Below, piece after piece: positions 28,933 to 39,705 of a stretch of 64,000 nucleotides of DNA. Under the pieces are notes generated by a model. It worked only from the letters and a program-made list of their open reading frames with translations, had not been told where the DNA came from and ran no database searches. The stretch lies in the IMG/VR virus record IMGVR_UViG_3300017917_003607, positions 1 to 64,000 of that record; one strand, 5' to 3'. Source of the stretch: a virus. Each line of letters begins with the position of its first letter. Position 1 is the first letter of the stretch. The translations under genes were made by a program, and so were the position numbers.

Positions 28933-29934
28933 TTACTTATTTTTAAATCTACTTTTTTCTTTTCTTGTTAATTTTAATATTGGTTGTAAAAATTCTACCC
29001 ACACATTGTCTTTTTGTGGTAGATATTTAAAAAATCCATCGTCTATCATCATTCTCATTAGATTTTTGTAACCCCTACCTTCAGGGTCCATATCTTCTGA
29101 AAAATAAAGTTCAACTTCTTTTTTCGCTTCTTCTGTAATTATTGGGTTTGACAAGCTAACAATCTTTTCCCTAAGTGAAAAGTATTCCATTCCTTCTGAA
29201 CCTGATTTGGTTCTACCTGATAATAAATTTTGAATCGGTTTTTGAGTTTTGTCATTTGTGATTAATTGTTGTCCCTTTTCCAAAATATCATCAATAGAAA
29301 TTACTTTATCAAGGACCTCAGGAAAATACTTTATAAGTTTCTTATCACCCAAACTATAAATCCCTTCAATATTATCAGATTTATCACCCAATAATATTTT
29401 AACTAATTTAACATTTTGTACGGGAATTTCTAAGGTTCCAATTTTGACCTTGTGTTTGTCTGTAATCCACTCTTTTGCAATTGGTGAGTAGATGTGTACT
29501 TTTGGGGTGATAAGCTGTGTAAGGTCCTTGTCTGATGATAATATGGTAATCTTTTCATCACTTACCTGACAATAGTGTGCAATTAGGTCATCACACTCGT
29601 GGTCGTCAATACAAATCTGTCTGACGAACATTTCTTCTAAGTATTGTCTGACTCTTGTCTTTTGAGAATAATAAGATTCTTTCTTATCCTCGTTCATCGT
29701 CAACCGACGATTTTCTTTATATAACGGGTAAAGTTTTTTTCTTTGAGATGCGTTGTTATTACCATCCCAAAATACAATAATTTTGTCGTAATTATAATCC
29801 GATAAAAATCGTTGAATTACATTAATGAAGTGGTAAATTCCACCAATATGTTTCCCTTCGTGGTAGAAATCTCTAACCCCGTGAAATCCAATCTTAAATA
29901 AGTTGTCTCCGTCAACTACTAATGTTTTTACCAC
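28933..29934 (-). CDS. 5'-3' exonuclease / flap endonuclease (T4 RNase H / PolA N-terminal-like)
   Basis: VVDGDNL, ECDDLIA, SSDKDLTQL and GDKSDNIEGI motifs. Confidence 0.92.
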   Translation of the reverse strand: MVKTLVVDGDNLFKIGFHGVRDFYHEGKHIGGIYHFINVIQRFLSDYNYDKIIVFWDGNNNASQRKKLYPLYKENRRLTMNEDKKESYYSQKTRVRQYLEEMFVRQICIDDHECDDLIAHYCQVSDEKITILSSDKDLTQLITPKVHIYSPIAKEWITDKHKVKIGTLEIPVQNVKLVKILLGDKSDNIEGIYSLGDKKLIKYFPEVLDKVISIDDILEKGQQLITNDKTQKPIQNLLSGRTKSGSEGMEYFSLREKIVSLSNPIITEEAKKEVELYFSEDMDPEGRGYKNLMRMMIDDGFFKYLPQKDNVWVEFLQPILKLTRKEKSRFKNK

Positions 29935-29945
29935 TTCAGTTTATT

Positions 29946-30959
29946 TTATTCTAATACCCTATCTTCTTTTTCCTCTTTCAAATCGAAGTCACCTTCAACT
30001 CCGATAATCTCACTCCAATAATCTGCGTATTCTTTTTTGTACGCTTCAATCGAAGCTTTTTCTTCTGTCGAGTCTTTACCCGCCAAGAATCCGTGAGGTG
30101 TAACAATAATCTTACCATCCTCATATCCCAAACCATTAATATGGTTTTTCAATACAGAAACTTTACTACGGATTGCAAACTTAACACTACGTTTGTCTTT
30201 GGTTGCGGTAATCTTATTTGTACCCGCACCTTTTTGATTTCCAAACAAGAATACCAAAGATGAATTCAACCAAATTGCTTCACCACCTTTAGCTTTAATC
30301 TTAGGTTGACCAAATGGATTATCAGGAAGTTCAACCCATGGCTGATTAATAATAATCAATGTGTTTTCATGTTTTGAATCCGATTTTCTTGAACCTGAAA
30401 TTCTTTGGTTAATACCCATACCAATCTTGTCAGCAAGAACCGCTGCATTATGTTGTTTACCACCTTTACCTTCATAAGTCATCTTACAAGGTACTGAACC
30501 AACTGAATCCCAAATAAAACACAAATCATAATCCAACTCACCTTTGGACTGAGCATCCAATAATGAATTAATATAATCCGTAATTTCTTCTATGTAATTG
30601 AAGTTGTTGTTGAAGATATAAAATCCATCCCAATCAGCTTCACCTGTTTCTTGGTCTACAACTTCATCACATTCAAAACCCATAAGTTTTGCGTGTTCGA
30701 AACTCCACTTCTGTTCTGTAATAATGAACACAGGAAGAACGCCCATCTTTTGAGCGGCCACTGCAGCTTTCACCGCCGCAGTTGTTTTACCAGTATCTGA
30801 GTGACCCAAGAACATATTCAAGTGTCCTATTGCAGGACCTGGTAATCCCACCGCATCCAAAAAGTCTTTACCTAAATCAAGGTATCTTTGTGGTTTGTAT
30901 TTTGCAGAAGTTGAGAACTTCTTTTTAATTGTACTGAAATCGTTTTTCTTAATCGCCAT
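29946..30959 (-). CDS. RecA/UvsX-like recombinase
   Basis: GHSDTGKT, FIWDSVGS, IINQ, KGG and KNHI motifs. Confidence 0.88.
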   Translation of the reverse strand: MAIKKNDFSTIKKKFSTSAKYKPQRYLDLGKDFLDAVGLPGPAIGHLNMFLGHSDTGKTTAAVKAAVAAQKMGVLPVFIITEQKWSFEHAKLMGFECDEVVDQETGEADWDGFYIFNNNFNYIEEITDYINSLLDAQSKGELDYDLCFIWDSVGSVPCKMTYEGKGGKQHNAAVLADKIGMGINQRISGSRKSDSKHENTLIIINQPWVELPDNPFGQPKIKAKGGEAIWLNSSLVFLFGNQKGAGTNKITATKDKRSVKFAIRSKVSVLKNHINGLGYEDGKIIVTPHGFLAGKDSTEEKASIEAYKKEYADYWSEIIGVEGDFDLKEEKEDRVLE

Positions 30960-31170
30960 AATTGTATTTGTAAAACTCTTTTAATGTTTCCAATTTATCA
31001 TTTGCATTTGCCAATTTTTCAACAAACTTGTCCATTTCTTCCAAGTGTTGTGGATGTTCTCCAATACCAACAGCGTTTTCCATGTAAACCATAAGTGTTG
31101 CTTCTGCTTCTGCGATTTCACTCTCATATTTTTTTGTAAGAGAGTCATACATCAATTTTCTTATTTTCAT
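30949..31170 (-). CDS. Conserved T4-like phage small helical protein
   Basis: AVGIGEHPQHLEEMDK motif; start revised to MKIRK at 31170, downstream of the terminator. Confidence 0.65.
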   Translation of the reverse strand: MKIRKLMYDSLTKKYESEIAEAEATLMVYMENAVGIGEHPQHLEEMDKFVEKLANANDKLETLKEFYKYNYGD

Positions 31171-31189
31171 TTTGTTTTTTCTTTTTAAT

Positions 31190-31230
31190 AAAAAAAGCTT
31201 GGACACAATGTCTTAGTATGTGTCCAAGCT
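31190..31230 (-). terminator. Rho-independent terminator after ssb
   Basis: AGCTTGGACACA-11nt-TGTGTCCAAGCT followed by a T-run. Confidence 0.8.
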
Positions 31231-31241
31231 CGTAAGTTTTT

Positions 31242-32081
31242 TTAGAATGGTAATTCCTCGTCAGCGTCCATTCCCGCTTGTGGGTCTTTGTAGTTTCCAC
31301 CACCAAGAACTTCCATAGACTCATCACCATAAACATACTTTTTAGCTTCTGAATCCCAACGTGGAACTTCACCACGAGCAATTGCCTCCAAGTACTCAAC
31401 GGGTTTCTTTGAGTAAACATCTTCCCAAGTTGTGGTATCGTTTTTCCACTCTTCCAATTGAGTTTTGTCTTGTGAAAGTGCGCTTGGGTCATCGTGCATA
31501 ATAGTCTGAATTGTGGTATATTCTTTACCTTTTGGGGTTTTAGATTTTACCAACTGAATAATTAAGTCACGACCTTCGTTAACATCAGTGATGTTTCCTT
31601 TGGACCTCCAAATAGGAATAATCTTGTCCAACACACCATCTTGTTTGTAATTGTGTTTGAAACGCCAGAATTTAACTCCTTCGTCTTCGTGGTCACGGTC
31701 AATTACTTTTACAATGTAGAATTTACGTGCCTTATACTGTTTGGCAAGTTCTTTGTCAGATTCCTTACCTGTCTTCATCAATTCTTCGTAAACTTCTGTG
31801 AGGGGTGAACGACCGCCTTCATTTTTGTCTGGGTCGTAGAATTTGTTGTAAACTCCATTAACTTGGATTTCATGGAACCATACTTCTTTAAATGGGGAGC
31901 TACCATCTGTAGTAGGAAGAATACGAATTCTTCTTTGTCCTGAATTTTCACCTTTAGGTAGAATTGCTGCGAAATATCGCTTCATTCTTTCCTCCTGTGT
32001 CATAGGGGTTGAATCACCATAAGGTTTTGTGTTTTGTTCGTACTGTGCCAATACGGCATCAAATGTTGAATCTAGCATCAT
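31242..32081 (-). CDS. Single-stranded DNA-binding protein (T4 gp32-like)
   Basis: RIRILP and VIDRDHEDEGVKFWRF motifs; acidic tail ending DEELPF. Confidence 0.85.
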   Translation of the reverse strand: MMLDSTFDAVLAQYEQNTKPYGDSTPMTQEERMKRYFAAILPKGENSGQRRIRILPTTDGSSPFKEVWFHEIQVNGVYNKFYDPDKNEGGRSPLTEVYEELMKTGKESDKELAKQYKARKFYIVKVIDRDHEDEGVKFWRFKHNYKQDGVLDKIIPIWRSKGNITDVNEGRDLIIQLVKSKTPKGKEYTTIQTIMHDDPSALSQDKTQLEEWKNDTTTWEDVYSKKPVEYLEAIARGEVPRWDSEAKKYVYGDESMEVLGGGNYKDPQAGMDADEELPF

Positions 32082-32115
32082 AATCTTTGTTCTTAAAACT
32101 GTTATTTATTTATAA

Positions 32116-32146
32116 CAAGTATAACAAAGATTCTCAATAAATCAAA
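32116..32146 (-). promoter_or_regulatory. Bacteroidota sigma-A-type promoter for the ssb-recA operon
   Basis: TTTG-19nt-TATACTTG versus the consensus TTTG-N19-21-TAnnTTTG. Confidence 0.55.
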
Positions 32147-32821
32147 TTACTGTGCCAATCCTTGGTCAAAAGTTTTTCTGATTTCTCTATGGTCCACATC
32201 TTCAACATCTTCAGGTGTTAAAATATACTCATTTTTTCCTGTCTTTTCCATGTCTTCACTTTTTTCACCAAAGAAATCAGTAAGTTTTTGATTGAAGGGG
32301 TATGAATCTAAAGACCTTAGTTGTAACTTTTCTTCAGGTGTTTTAGTTCTATACTTTTCAATTTTTTCTTCAATGTTATTTATCTTTTCAAAGATACTAT
32401 CCATTTGAGAAAGTTTTTGCTCTAAATCATCCAACTTGGACATCATTGAGGTCATATACTCCTCTTGTTTTGTTTCTACATTTTTTTGACTTTTTACCAA
32501 TTCAGTAATATCTAACTCTTCCGTACCACTATCTTCTTCACTATTATCTTTTGGTTCATCGGTAGATTCTTCTTCATCACCCTTTATTTCTTCAACATCA
32601 GGGTCATTAGCAACATCGATTGGTGCACCAGGTTCAGCCGCAGGTTCTGATGGTGGTGGAGTTGCACCTCCCAAAGTGGTATCACCAGGTAATGTTGGTG
32701 TTACTTCTGCCTCATCCGCAGGAGGTTCTGCCGCTGGTGCGTCTTGCTCAACAATATATTTGTTAATTTGATTGTGTCTATTTAATTCTTCTAGTAGGGC
32801 TTGTGAAACTGTTTTTTTCAT
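32147..32821 (-). CDS. Acidic coiled-coil protein, possible prohead core/scaffold-like
   Basis: Amphipathic leader ending IVEQ, Pro/Glu-rich linker, coiled coil. Confidence 0.45.
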   Translation of the reverse strand: MKKTVSQALLEELNRHNQINKYIVEQDAPAAEPPADEAEVTPTLPGDTTLGGATPPPSEPAAEPGAPIDVANDPDVEEIKGDEEESTDEPKDNSEEDSGTEELDITELVKSQKNVETKQEEYMTSMMSKLDDLEQKLSQMDSIFEKINNIEEKIEKYRTKTPEEKLQLRSLDSYPFNQKLTDFFGEKSEDMEKTGKNEYILTPEDVEDVDHREIRKTFDQGLAQ

Positions 32822-32825
32822 AATA

Positions 32826-33053
32826 TTAATCTTTTAGTAACGTTTTAACACCTGTTGGCGTTTCTACTTTTAATGTTCTATTCAATTTTTTAGTATTGTC
32901 GACACGTTCAATAAGACCATCTTTCATTCTTACAGTGTAACAATCTCCAGTTTGAAGGTCGCAAACTTCTTTGTATCCATTACCTAAATCTTTTTCTGCG
33001 ATAACAACGTCTTTATTAAGATAGTTATCCAATAATGTTTTTAGAGTATTCAT
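32826..33053 (-). CDS. Small hypothetical protein
   Basis: 75 aa, preceded by TATTTAT. Confidence 0.6.
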   Translation of the reverse strand: MNTLKTLLDNYLNKDVVIAEKDLGNGYKEVCDLQTGDCYTVRMKDGLIERVDNTKKLNRTLKVETPTGVKTLLKD

Positions 33054-33089
33054 ATTTTTTATTTATAAATATTATGATTTTTCAATTTA

Positions 33090-36000
33090 TTACAAACCTA
33101 ATATAATTGCTTGTTCTATTGCCCAATCTAGTGTAGTTCTCCACCCTGAATAATTTTTATCTTTATCTAACGGATTAGAAGTTGAGACTGGCGGACCTGA
33201 AGTATACCAGTTTTCATAAAATACTTTAAGAAAAGCTTCAATTACATCACCTGTTTCATTTTTATTAATTTTATCAAAATCTATGGTTTTGTTTTTAAAA
33301 TATGAGGCAACCATGTTAATGTGTTCTCTTATTGTGTTAAAACTACCAAATGGTCTTGTTGTTCCATTTACTGTTTTTAAACATTTGAAGGCGTTAATGG
33401 TTCCTCTCATCGATACAAAATTATCAACATCTAAAATAACACCATATAAATTATTGTTTTTATAATTCAATGACTGTTGAATATTTGTTTCATACCCCTG
33501 TAAATAAATCATAGAGAATAAAAATCTTCTTGTTAGTATGTCCCTATCTGTTGTACCTACAACCGCATTTTTTATTTCCTCTACAAGAGCTTTTGGTTTT
33601 ATTGAACCTTGTCTGTCTTCAGTGTCAGCACTTAGTGACCCGTAACCCGCGTTAACATTATCTATACAATCTTGATTTGGTGAAAATTCCGTTCTCGCCA
33701 TAAAACCCAAATATGGAATTGTTCCTTGTAGTATGAATTTTTTTGCGTCATCCCCTGACAGATACTGATTTATGTTTTGGTCAAAAGTAACCAATGTATT
33801 GTTATCAACAAATTGTTTAACTTTATCTTCTAATTTTTTTGAAAAGTCCTCATTAACACTCGCCAAGTCATCAGATATTGTTGTATTTATGTTTGCCGAA
33901 ATTCTTTGACCTTCAAACTCCGTGTTGAAACTACCTGAACTTATATTGTGTTTTACATTTCTAATTACATAGGTCCCATTAAACATCGGCATATGTCTTA
34001 AAACAAAATACATAGTGGGTTGTATCATCATATTACCCAATGTTTTTACCGTACAGTTATATGAACGGTTTTTATAAAAATCAAACAAAGCTGTAGTCTG
34101 TTGCATTGTTTTTTTACCCGCACTTTGGTTACCCATATCTATAATCGTTTGAATTTGTTCGGAAGATGTTACACCTTGTTCTTGATTAATGTCTACCGAT
34201 TTAAAAACACTTTGGTCCATAGTCGCAAAATCGACAACAAAGCCAACCGCTTTATTGTTTGTGTTTTGGTTTGCTGGTTGTTGTGTTTGTCTTATAGGGT
34301 TGTTTGTTGGATTACCCAAATCAAAACTATCGTCCTTGAATGGGTAATTTGGGTCGTTATCTAATGATAATGTTTGGGATGGTCTGTCAATAAATTGACA
34401 CAAAAATTTAGGAGAAAATGAAGTTTCATCAACATAATTAAAGGTACCAAACACGTCATTCGCATTATTCACTATTACTTGCGGTTTATTTGACGATGCA
34501 CCATAAAAATTAATATATGCTGGCATTACAAAGAAGTTCATTCTATTATTAACCAAAACTTCTCTAATTAAACTCATAATTGATGTAGAAGCGTTGTCCC
34601 AATTACAGAATTTTCTAATTGTGTCAACATTAATAACTAAGTCATCACCTATGTCTCTATTTGCTCGGTCAAAAAATAAAAATTGGTCAAAAAGTAATTT
34701 ATTGTTAAAGTTTACACCTGAAACCCATTTGTCATTTATACTTTTAAACAATTCGTATTGTTCAAGTTTCACAACATCACCATTAAGTTTTGAATTATTA
34801 GATTCCGTTTCTACCGTTGGTATATTTTGTATTGAACCTAATTTTGGTCGCAATACATTTTCAATTTGTTGTCTTTTATTTTCTAACGGAATTAATATTT
34901 GCTCAGATATTGCCTTTTGAAATTTTTCTTTGTTATATCCGTTGTCTAATTTTTTTTGTGTTGCGTAAATTTTAATTAGTGGGGATAAATTTTTTATATT
35001 ATCAACTGTAAATGGTATATTGTTGTCGATAAAAAAATCGTATATTGTTGATGTTTGACCGTAGGATATTCCATCAATTGTTGAAAAACCAACATATTCA
35101 TATAGTGCTGCCCACTCGGATTTATATGAGTTTTTTGACGCTTGGAGTGTTAAAGTGGTTGACGGTAATTTGGGTTTTCCAGGGTCCAAATAATTACCAC
35201 CATAAAAGTTTTGGGGTACTTGAGGTGAGAATTTAGGGTTATTTGATATTACACCAAATTGGATTCTGTCAAACTTTTTTGGGTTACCTATTTTAAGATA
35301 AACATCTATATCTATAAATTTACTTATAACTTCTGTTAAGGTCGCAATTTGCGCGTCACCAATTTTTTTAGCATCTACATCTGCGGTTTTTATAATAAAC
35401 ATTTCTTTCAGTAAGTTTATTATGTTTTTGTACTTACTGTCCTGTTCTTCAGGTTTAAATATTTTTGATTCACCTTCTTCTTTGCAAAATTCTAAGAACT
35501 CGTACTCAAAAGTATCAAGCTGTTCTTTAGTGAACACGCCAAATAGGTCCTCAATAGAACTATAATTTTGACCAATATCAAAATCACTTTGTTGAGATTT
35601 TGAAGGTTCAACATATTTCATGTATTCATATGGTGTTGGTTTTCTAAGTTGTGTGTTATCAAACCATCCAAAATTAGGTGAGTTCCACAAAGCTCTAACA
35701 CTACCATTAAACATAGGTGTAGAAGAAATTAATTCTTGGTATGTGATATTATTGAAAGTGTTGTTTTCGTTTCTTATTTCAAAAAAACTTTGTTCAAATG
35801 GTAGGTATCCTGCCGAAGGAAACATCAACTTATAATCAACTTTTGACGGGTCAAAATATTTTTGATATGTTATACCAATATCCAAATAACTATAATATGA
35901 GTTCATTGGTCCACCAAATTTAACAGATGGACTCGTATTTGCCTGTATTTTTAGGTTAGTAAAAACTTCTGTTTCTAAATCAAAATTACCACCACCAGAA

Positions 36001-39000
36001 TATGATGAAAATAAATTTCTTTTTGTTAATAATTTGTAAAAACTATTAATAACCAAAGGATAAAATCCATTTTGTATATTATTACCATTACTCAATTGAT
36101 AATTCCTTGGTTTAGTATCCGTTGTTCCGTAAGGAATTTTATAAACCCTGTCTGTTTTAGAATTTTTTGGGTCGTAGGCCTTTCTATAATCAAAGTCTTT
36201 CCATATTGAATCCAGTATATCTACATTAGTGTTTACATATTTTTTGTACCTGTACCAAACTGACCCCATTTTTAATATCCAAGCGTAAGGTAATTTATGA
36301 ACTCCTGAAAATTTATTCAAACCTGCATATGTGAAATCTTTAAATGTATTATCCTTAGTTTCTAATAGTTTCTCATATAGCGTTGAGAGTGGCAATGAAT
36401 TAAGTAGGAGGTATCCTATTTTAGTATATGATTCGTTTGTTATTGTGTTTGCGGATGTTGCGTCAATAACCGCATTTACAAAGTAGGGTGTATTTAAAAT
36501 ACTTGTGGATTGAAATGTTCCAATGTTTTGGTCGGAGGCGTAGGTAACTAATCCTTCTGTGAAAAAATTATTTATTTGTCTTGAGGAATAAAAATTAACT
36601 ATAGTTTGATGACTTAAGTTATTTGTATCAGTAAATCCTTGTGTGGTTTGTGTACTTCTCGTGTATGGTCTAAGATTTTTTGTAGTAAAATTAGTAATCA
36701 CTAATTTTTTATCGTCAAAATCATACGTGTCTAATGTTTTATATCTATCGGACTCATTTGGTTTTTGAACCATTTTTTGACCAAAAGAATCTATTCTAAA
36801 AGGATATGTATCAAACAAAGAAACCTGTTTTGTTACATCTTCTTTTAAGAAGTTACCAATATTAGATAAACTTTCTAAACGAACAGGATTTGGACTTGAA
36901 GCAACAAATTCTTTTGGTGATAGGATTTGGAAGTTGTTTTCTACTAATTTTTTGATGTAGTCTTTAACAAAATTTTGTGATACAAAAGTTGTCCATAAAT
37001 TACCACCGTCACCATTCCCTTTTGTTTTATTTAACCAATCATATAAGCTTGGGGATTTTGAAACCTCATTAATTAAAACATCCCTAAGACTTCCTTGTGG
37101 ACTAGATTGTCTAATGTTTGAAATTTCAATATCATAAACGGTTGATTCAAGTTTGTTTCTTGTATTACCAAACATAAACAATCCCGAATAAAAAACGTTC
37201 ATGTATAATCTTTCATACATTTCATAAACATATTCTTCTGTTGGTTGTTGTTTGTAAACATTATCTTTTAATGGTAGTTCAATTGCGTGTTCTGGAGTAT
37301 ATTTTAGTGATATTGTTTGATTGGGTAATACATCACTATTAAATGTTTTGTCTTTATTTATAACACCCTTAAGATACTCCTCAACAAATTCTACCTCGGG
37401 CCAAATATTACCATCTATCGCCTTGGTAAAGTCTTTAACAGATTCGGCACCAGGATATGTTACCTCATATTGTGTTTTACCTTGTATTTCCTTTTTTTGT
37501 ACGAACTGTGGCCATGGATATACAAAATAATTAGGGTTGTTGATTGTGGTATTTTGTACTGAATTTTTACCTTCTTGGGATGGTGCGTCAGTTATTACCG
37601 ATTTCAATCTATTAATATCTTCTTTTTTTGTCCACGCTTTATCATGTACATCGGACATTAATTGGTAAAAAGCGTCAACAGATGCCATTAAAACACCAAT
37701 CACGTTTCTTACCGTTGGTCTAAAAGACAAATCTTGTACATTACCATTTGTTCTAATTTTTGACTTCAAAACATTGTTTAATCGGTCTACCTCTTCTTTT
37801 CTTTTTTGTTCTATTTGTGCCTTTATATTTTTTGTATTCGCAATTTGAAAATCAAGGGTATAATATAGTTCGTTTTTTTGAGCAACTGGTACTGTTTTTG
37901 CCGAAGATTCTTTTATTAATGCACCAATATTTTTTATTTCATTTATTTTTTCTGTTGACCACCTTTTGTAGTTTTCATCTGTGTTTGGATTTGTTACTTC
38001 AAACCCTGTATTATCAGTATAAGTTGCAGGTAAATTAATGTCCGATTCTGTGAATTTTAGTTTGAACTTATCAACAGTAAAATCGGAATCATTAATTGTT
38101 ATTTGTTTTGCAACGGAGCCAGGTACAGAACGAAATATTTTTAGGTTTCTTGAAAGTATTTCGTTTAGTTTTGTTTCCGCTCGTTCTTTTGGTGTTTTAT
38201 TCTCATCAACCTGTGATGTGTTTATTGTATTTGTTTTTAATGGATAAATCTTTTGTTTATTCAATTTATCGCTCAATATCAAAGGTACTTGGTAGTCTAA
38301 ATATTCCTGTCCCCATTCAACTAATTCATTACTAAATGTATTGATTGAGTCGTTATACCTGTCTAATGCAACAACATTTGAAAAGTCTAATTTTTCAAAT
38401 TCTCTATTTAAAAATTCGGTGTATCTTTTCAGTCTCTCGGACATTTCATTTATCGTCAGAACAGGAACATCTTTATCTATTAGTCCTTTACCATTACCAT
38501 AAAAATTTTTGTATTTTTCAAAAACTTGTTTAAGTTTAGAATATCCTTTAGATGTTGGTGTTACTGTTAGGTCTTGGGTTGTACCAGCACCTGTACTTTG
38601 TACCGTTGCGGTTGCGGTACTAGTAGTATTAGGTATTTGTGGGTTTGAAGTTGTATAAGTACTATACATGTGTGGAAGAGCATATAGATAACCTAATCTT
38701 ATGTCATCTAACATTGCACTTGTCCTTGATATAAATTTTAAATTAACTATGTAGTTTCCTGAACTAGCCTCAAAAGATGCCTGAAAATTTAACAACATTA
38801 ATTCATAGGTTATCGACTTACCATAAAACCCTTTAAGGGTAAGTCTAAACATCGGATAAGGGTAATATAAGAAAACAGAATATGGTGAGTTACCTCCCGT
38901 TTGGAACAAACTTCGTCCTTGAACATCAATTAGAGTCATTGTTACTGTTGGAACCCCATTAAACTGAACTTGTACATTAATATCTCGTATACCTAAAATT

Positions 39001-39398
39001 TGTGTGTCGACATAATTTGTTAGTTGTGGATTTTGTCCTTGATTAAATTTAATTTGATTTATTGTTCCACCTTGTGCGTTTCTAGCACCTGTAACTTCAT
39101 CAGTATAACTTGTATCAAAATAATTTTTATCTTTTGGTCTTAAAAAATTTAGTCGATTATCTATTGATGCAATACTAACCGTGTTTGAAACTCCTGTTTC
39201 TAAATCCTGACCTATTGCTAAACGTGTTCTTGGAACCACATCCGCTTCTAAATTGGCATACATAATTAGATTTTCCTGTTTGATAGTTCTAGGTTTTTTT
39301 ACACCTCGAGAATCTACCACAGCGTTTGGGTCAATCAAAACTATGTTAAAATCGTCCTCATAATAAATGTTTTCAATACCTGTTAAGTTATCTGCCAT
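33090..39398 (-). CDS. Large baseplate hub-like protein (gp27-like architecture with long insertions)
   Basis: C-terminal CTVKTLGNMMIQPTMYF...GTYVIRNVKHNISSGSFNTEFEG hub-like motif; start revised to MADNL at 39398. Confidence 0.6.
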   Translation of the reverse strand: MADNLTGIENIYYEDDFNIVLIDPNAVVDSRGVKKPRTIKQENLIMYANLEADVVPRTRLAIGQDLETGVSNTVSIASIDNRLNFLRPKDKNYFDTSYTDEVTGARNAQGGTINQIKFNQGQNPQLTNYVDTQILGIRDINVQVQFNGVPTVTMTLIDVQGRSLFQTGGNSPYSVFLYYPYPMFRLTLKGFYGKSITYELMLLNFQASFEASSGNYIVNLKFISRTSAMLDDIRLGYLYALPHMYSTYTTSNPQIPNTTSTATATVQSTGAGTTQDLTVTPTSKGYSKLKQVFEKYKNFYGNGKGLIDKDVPVLTINEMSERLKRYTEFLNREFEKLDFSNVVALDRYNDSINTFSNELVEWGQEYLDYQVPLILSDKLNKQKIYPLKTNTINTSQVDENKTPKERAETKLNEILSRNLKIFRSVPGSVAKQITINDSDFTVDKFKLKFTESDINLPATYTDNTGFEVTNPNTDENYKRWSTEKINEIKNIGALIKESSAKTVPVAQKNELYYTLDFQIANTKNIKAQIEQKRKEEVDRLNNVLKSKIRTNGNVQDLSFRPTVRNVIGVLMASVDAFYQLMSDVHDKAWTKKEDINRLKSVITDAPSQEGKNSVQNTTINNPNYFVYPWPQFVQKKEIQGKTQYEVTYPGAESVKDFTKAIDGNIWPEVEFVEEYLKGVINKDKTFNSDVLPNQTISLKYTPEHAIELPLKDNVYKQQPTEEYVYEMYERLYMNVFYSGLFMFGNTRNKLESTVYDIEISNIRQSSPQGSLRDVLINEVSKSPSLYDWLNKTKGNGDGGNLWTTFVSQNFVKDYIKKLVENNFQILSPKEFVASSPNPVRLESLSNIGNFLKEDVTKQVSLFDTYPFRIDSFGQKMVQKPNESDRYKTLDTYDFDDKKLVITNFTTKNLRPYTRSTQTTQGFTDTNNLSHQTIVNFYSSRQINNFFTEGLVTYASDQNIGTFQSTSILNTPYFVNAVIDATSANTITNESYTKIGYLLLNSLPLSTLYEKLLETKDNTFKDFTYAGLNKFSGVHKLPYAWILKMGSVWYRYKKYVNTNVDILDSIWKDFDYRKAYDPKNSKTDRVYKIPYGTTDTKPRNYQLSNGNNIQNGFYPLVINSFYKLLTKRNLFSSYSGGGNFDLETEVFTNLKIQANTSPSVKFGGPMNSYYSYLDIGITYQKYFDPSKVDYKLMFPSAGYLPFEQSFFEIRNENNTFNNITYQELISSTPMFNGSVRALWNSPNFGWFDNTQLRKPTPYEYMKYVEPSKSQQSDFDIGQNYSSIEDLFGVFTKEQLDTFEYEFLEFCKEEGESKIFKPEEQDSKYKNIINLLKEMFIIKTADVDAKKIGDAQIATLTEVISKFIDIDVYLKIGNPKKFDRIQFGVISNNPKFSPQVPQNFYGGNYLDPGKPKLPSTTLTLQASKNSYKSEWAALYEYVGFSTIDGISYGQTSTIYDFFIDNNIPFTVDNIKNLSPLIKIYATQKKLDNGYNKEKFQKAISEQILIPLENKRQQIENVLRPKLGSIQNIPTVETESNNSKLNGDVVKLEQYELFKSINDKWVSGVNFNNKLLFDQFLFFDRANRDIGDDLVINVDTIRKFCNWDNASTSIMSLIREVLVNNRMNFFVMPAYINFYGASSNKPQVIVNNANDVFGTFNYVDETSFSPKFLCQFIDRPSQTLSLDNDPNYPFKDDSFDLGNPTNNPIRQTQQPANQNTNNKAVGFVVDFATMDQSVFKSVDINQEQGVTSSEQIQTIIDMGNQSAGKKTMQQTTALFDFYKNRSYNCTVKTLGNMMIQPTMYFVLRHMPMFNGTYVIRNVKHNISSGSFNTEFEGQRISANINTTISDDLASVNEDFSKKLEDKVKQFVDNNTLVTFDQNINQYLSGDDAKKFILQGTIPYLGFMARTEFSPNQDCIDNVNAGYGSLSADTEDRQGSIKPKALVEEIKNAVVGTTDRDILTRRFLFSMIYLQGYETNIQQSLNYKNNNLYGVILDVDNFVSMRGTINAFKCLKTVNGTTRPFGSFNTIREHINMVASYFKNKTIDFDKINKNETGDVIEAFLKVFYENWYTSGPPVSTSNPLDKDKNYSGWRTTLDWAIEQAIILGL

Positions 39399-39705
39399 AA
39401 TAATTGAATCTAGAAAGTACTGCATTATTATAGTCCTGTAATGATGCAATTAAAGGGAATGGTATTATAATTATTGAATTGTCAGGAATACCCCATTCTA
39501 AACCACCATATTCTGGATTAGCTTGTTGTATCAACCAACCGAAAAATGGAGAACCATAATATTCTTGACTTATCTTATCCAACCTACTCATACCCGCTTT
39601 GTATATGTACTTTATGTCTGTGGTTTTTCTTGGTAATACAAGTCCAGGAACAACGGTTTGTTCACCGTTTAATAAAAATTGATTATATCTATTGTAGTAT
39701 TCCAT
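39388..39705 (-). CDS. LysM-like baseplate protein (T4 gp53 / P2 gpX-like)
   Basis: RLDKISQEYYGSPFFGWLIQQANP. Confidence 0.8.
   Translation of the reverse strand: MEYYNRYNQFLLNGEQTVVPGLVLPRKTTDIKYIYKAGMSRLDKISQEYYGSPFFGWLIQQANPEYGGLEWGIPDNSIIIIPFPLIASLQDYNNAVLSRFNYYGR

Noticed and set aside
25179-30959. Inteins or introns in nrdJ, helicase or recA (also polB)
   Set aside because: Lengths are normal, motifs are contiguous, and no splicing or homing endonuclease signatures were seen.
31145-31492. 115-aa alternate-frame ORF over the ssb 3' end
   Set aside because: It crosses a terminator, has no recognisable motif, and ssb has its normal acidic tail.
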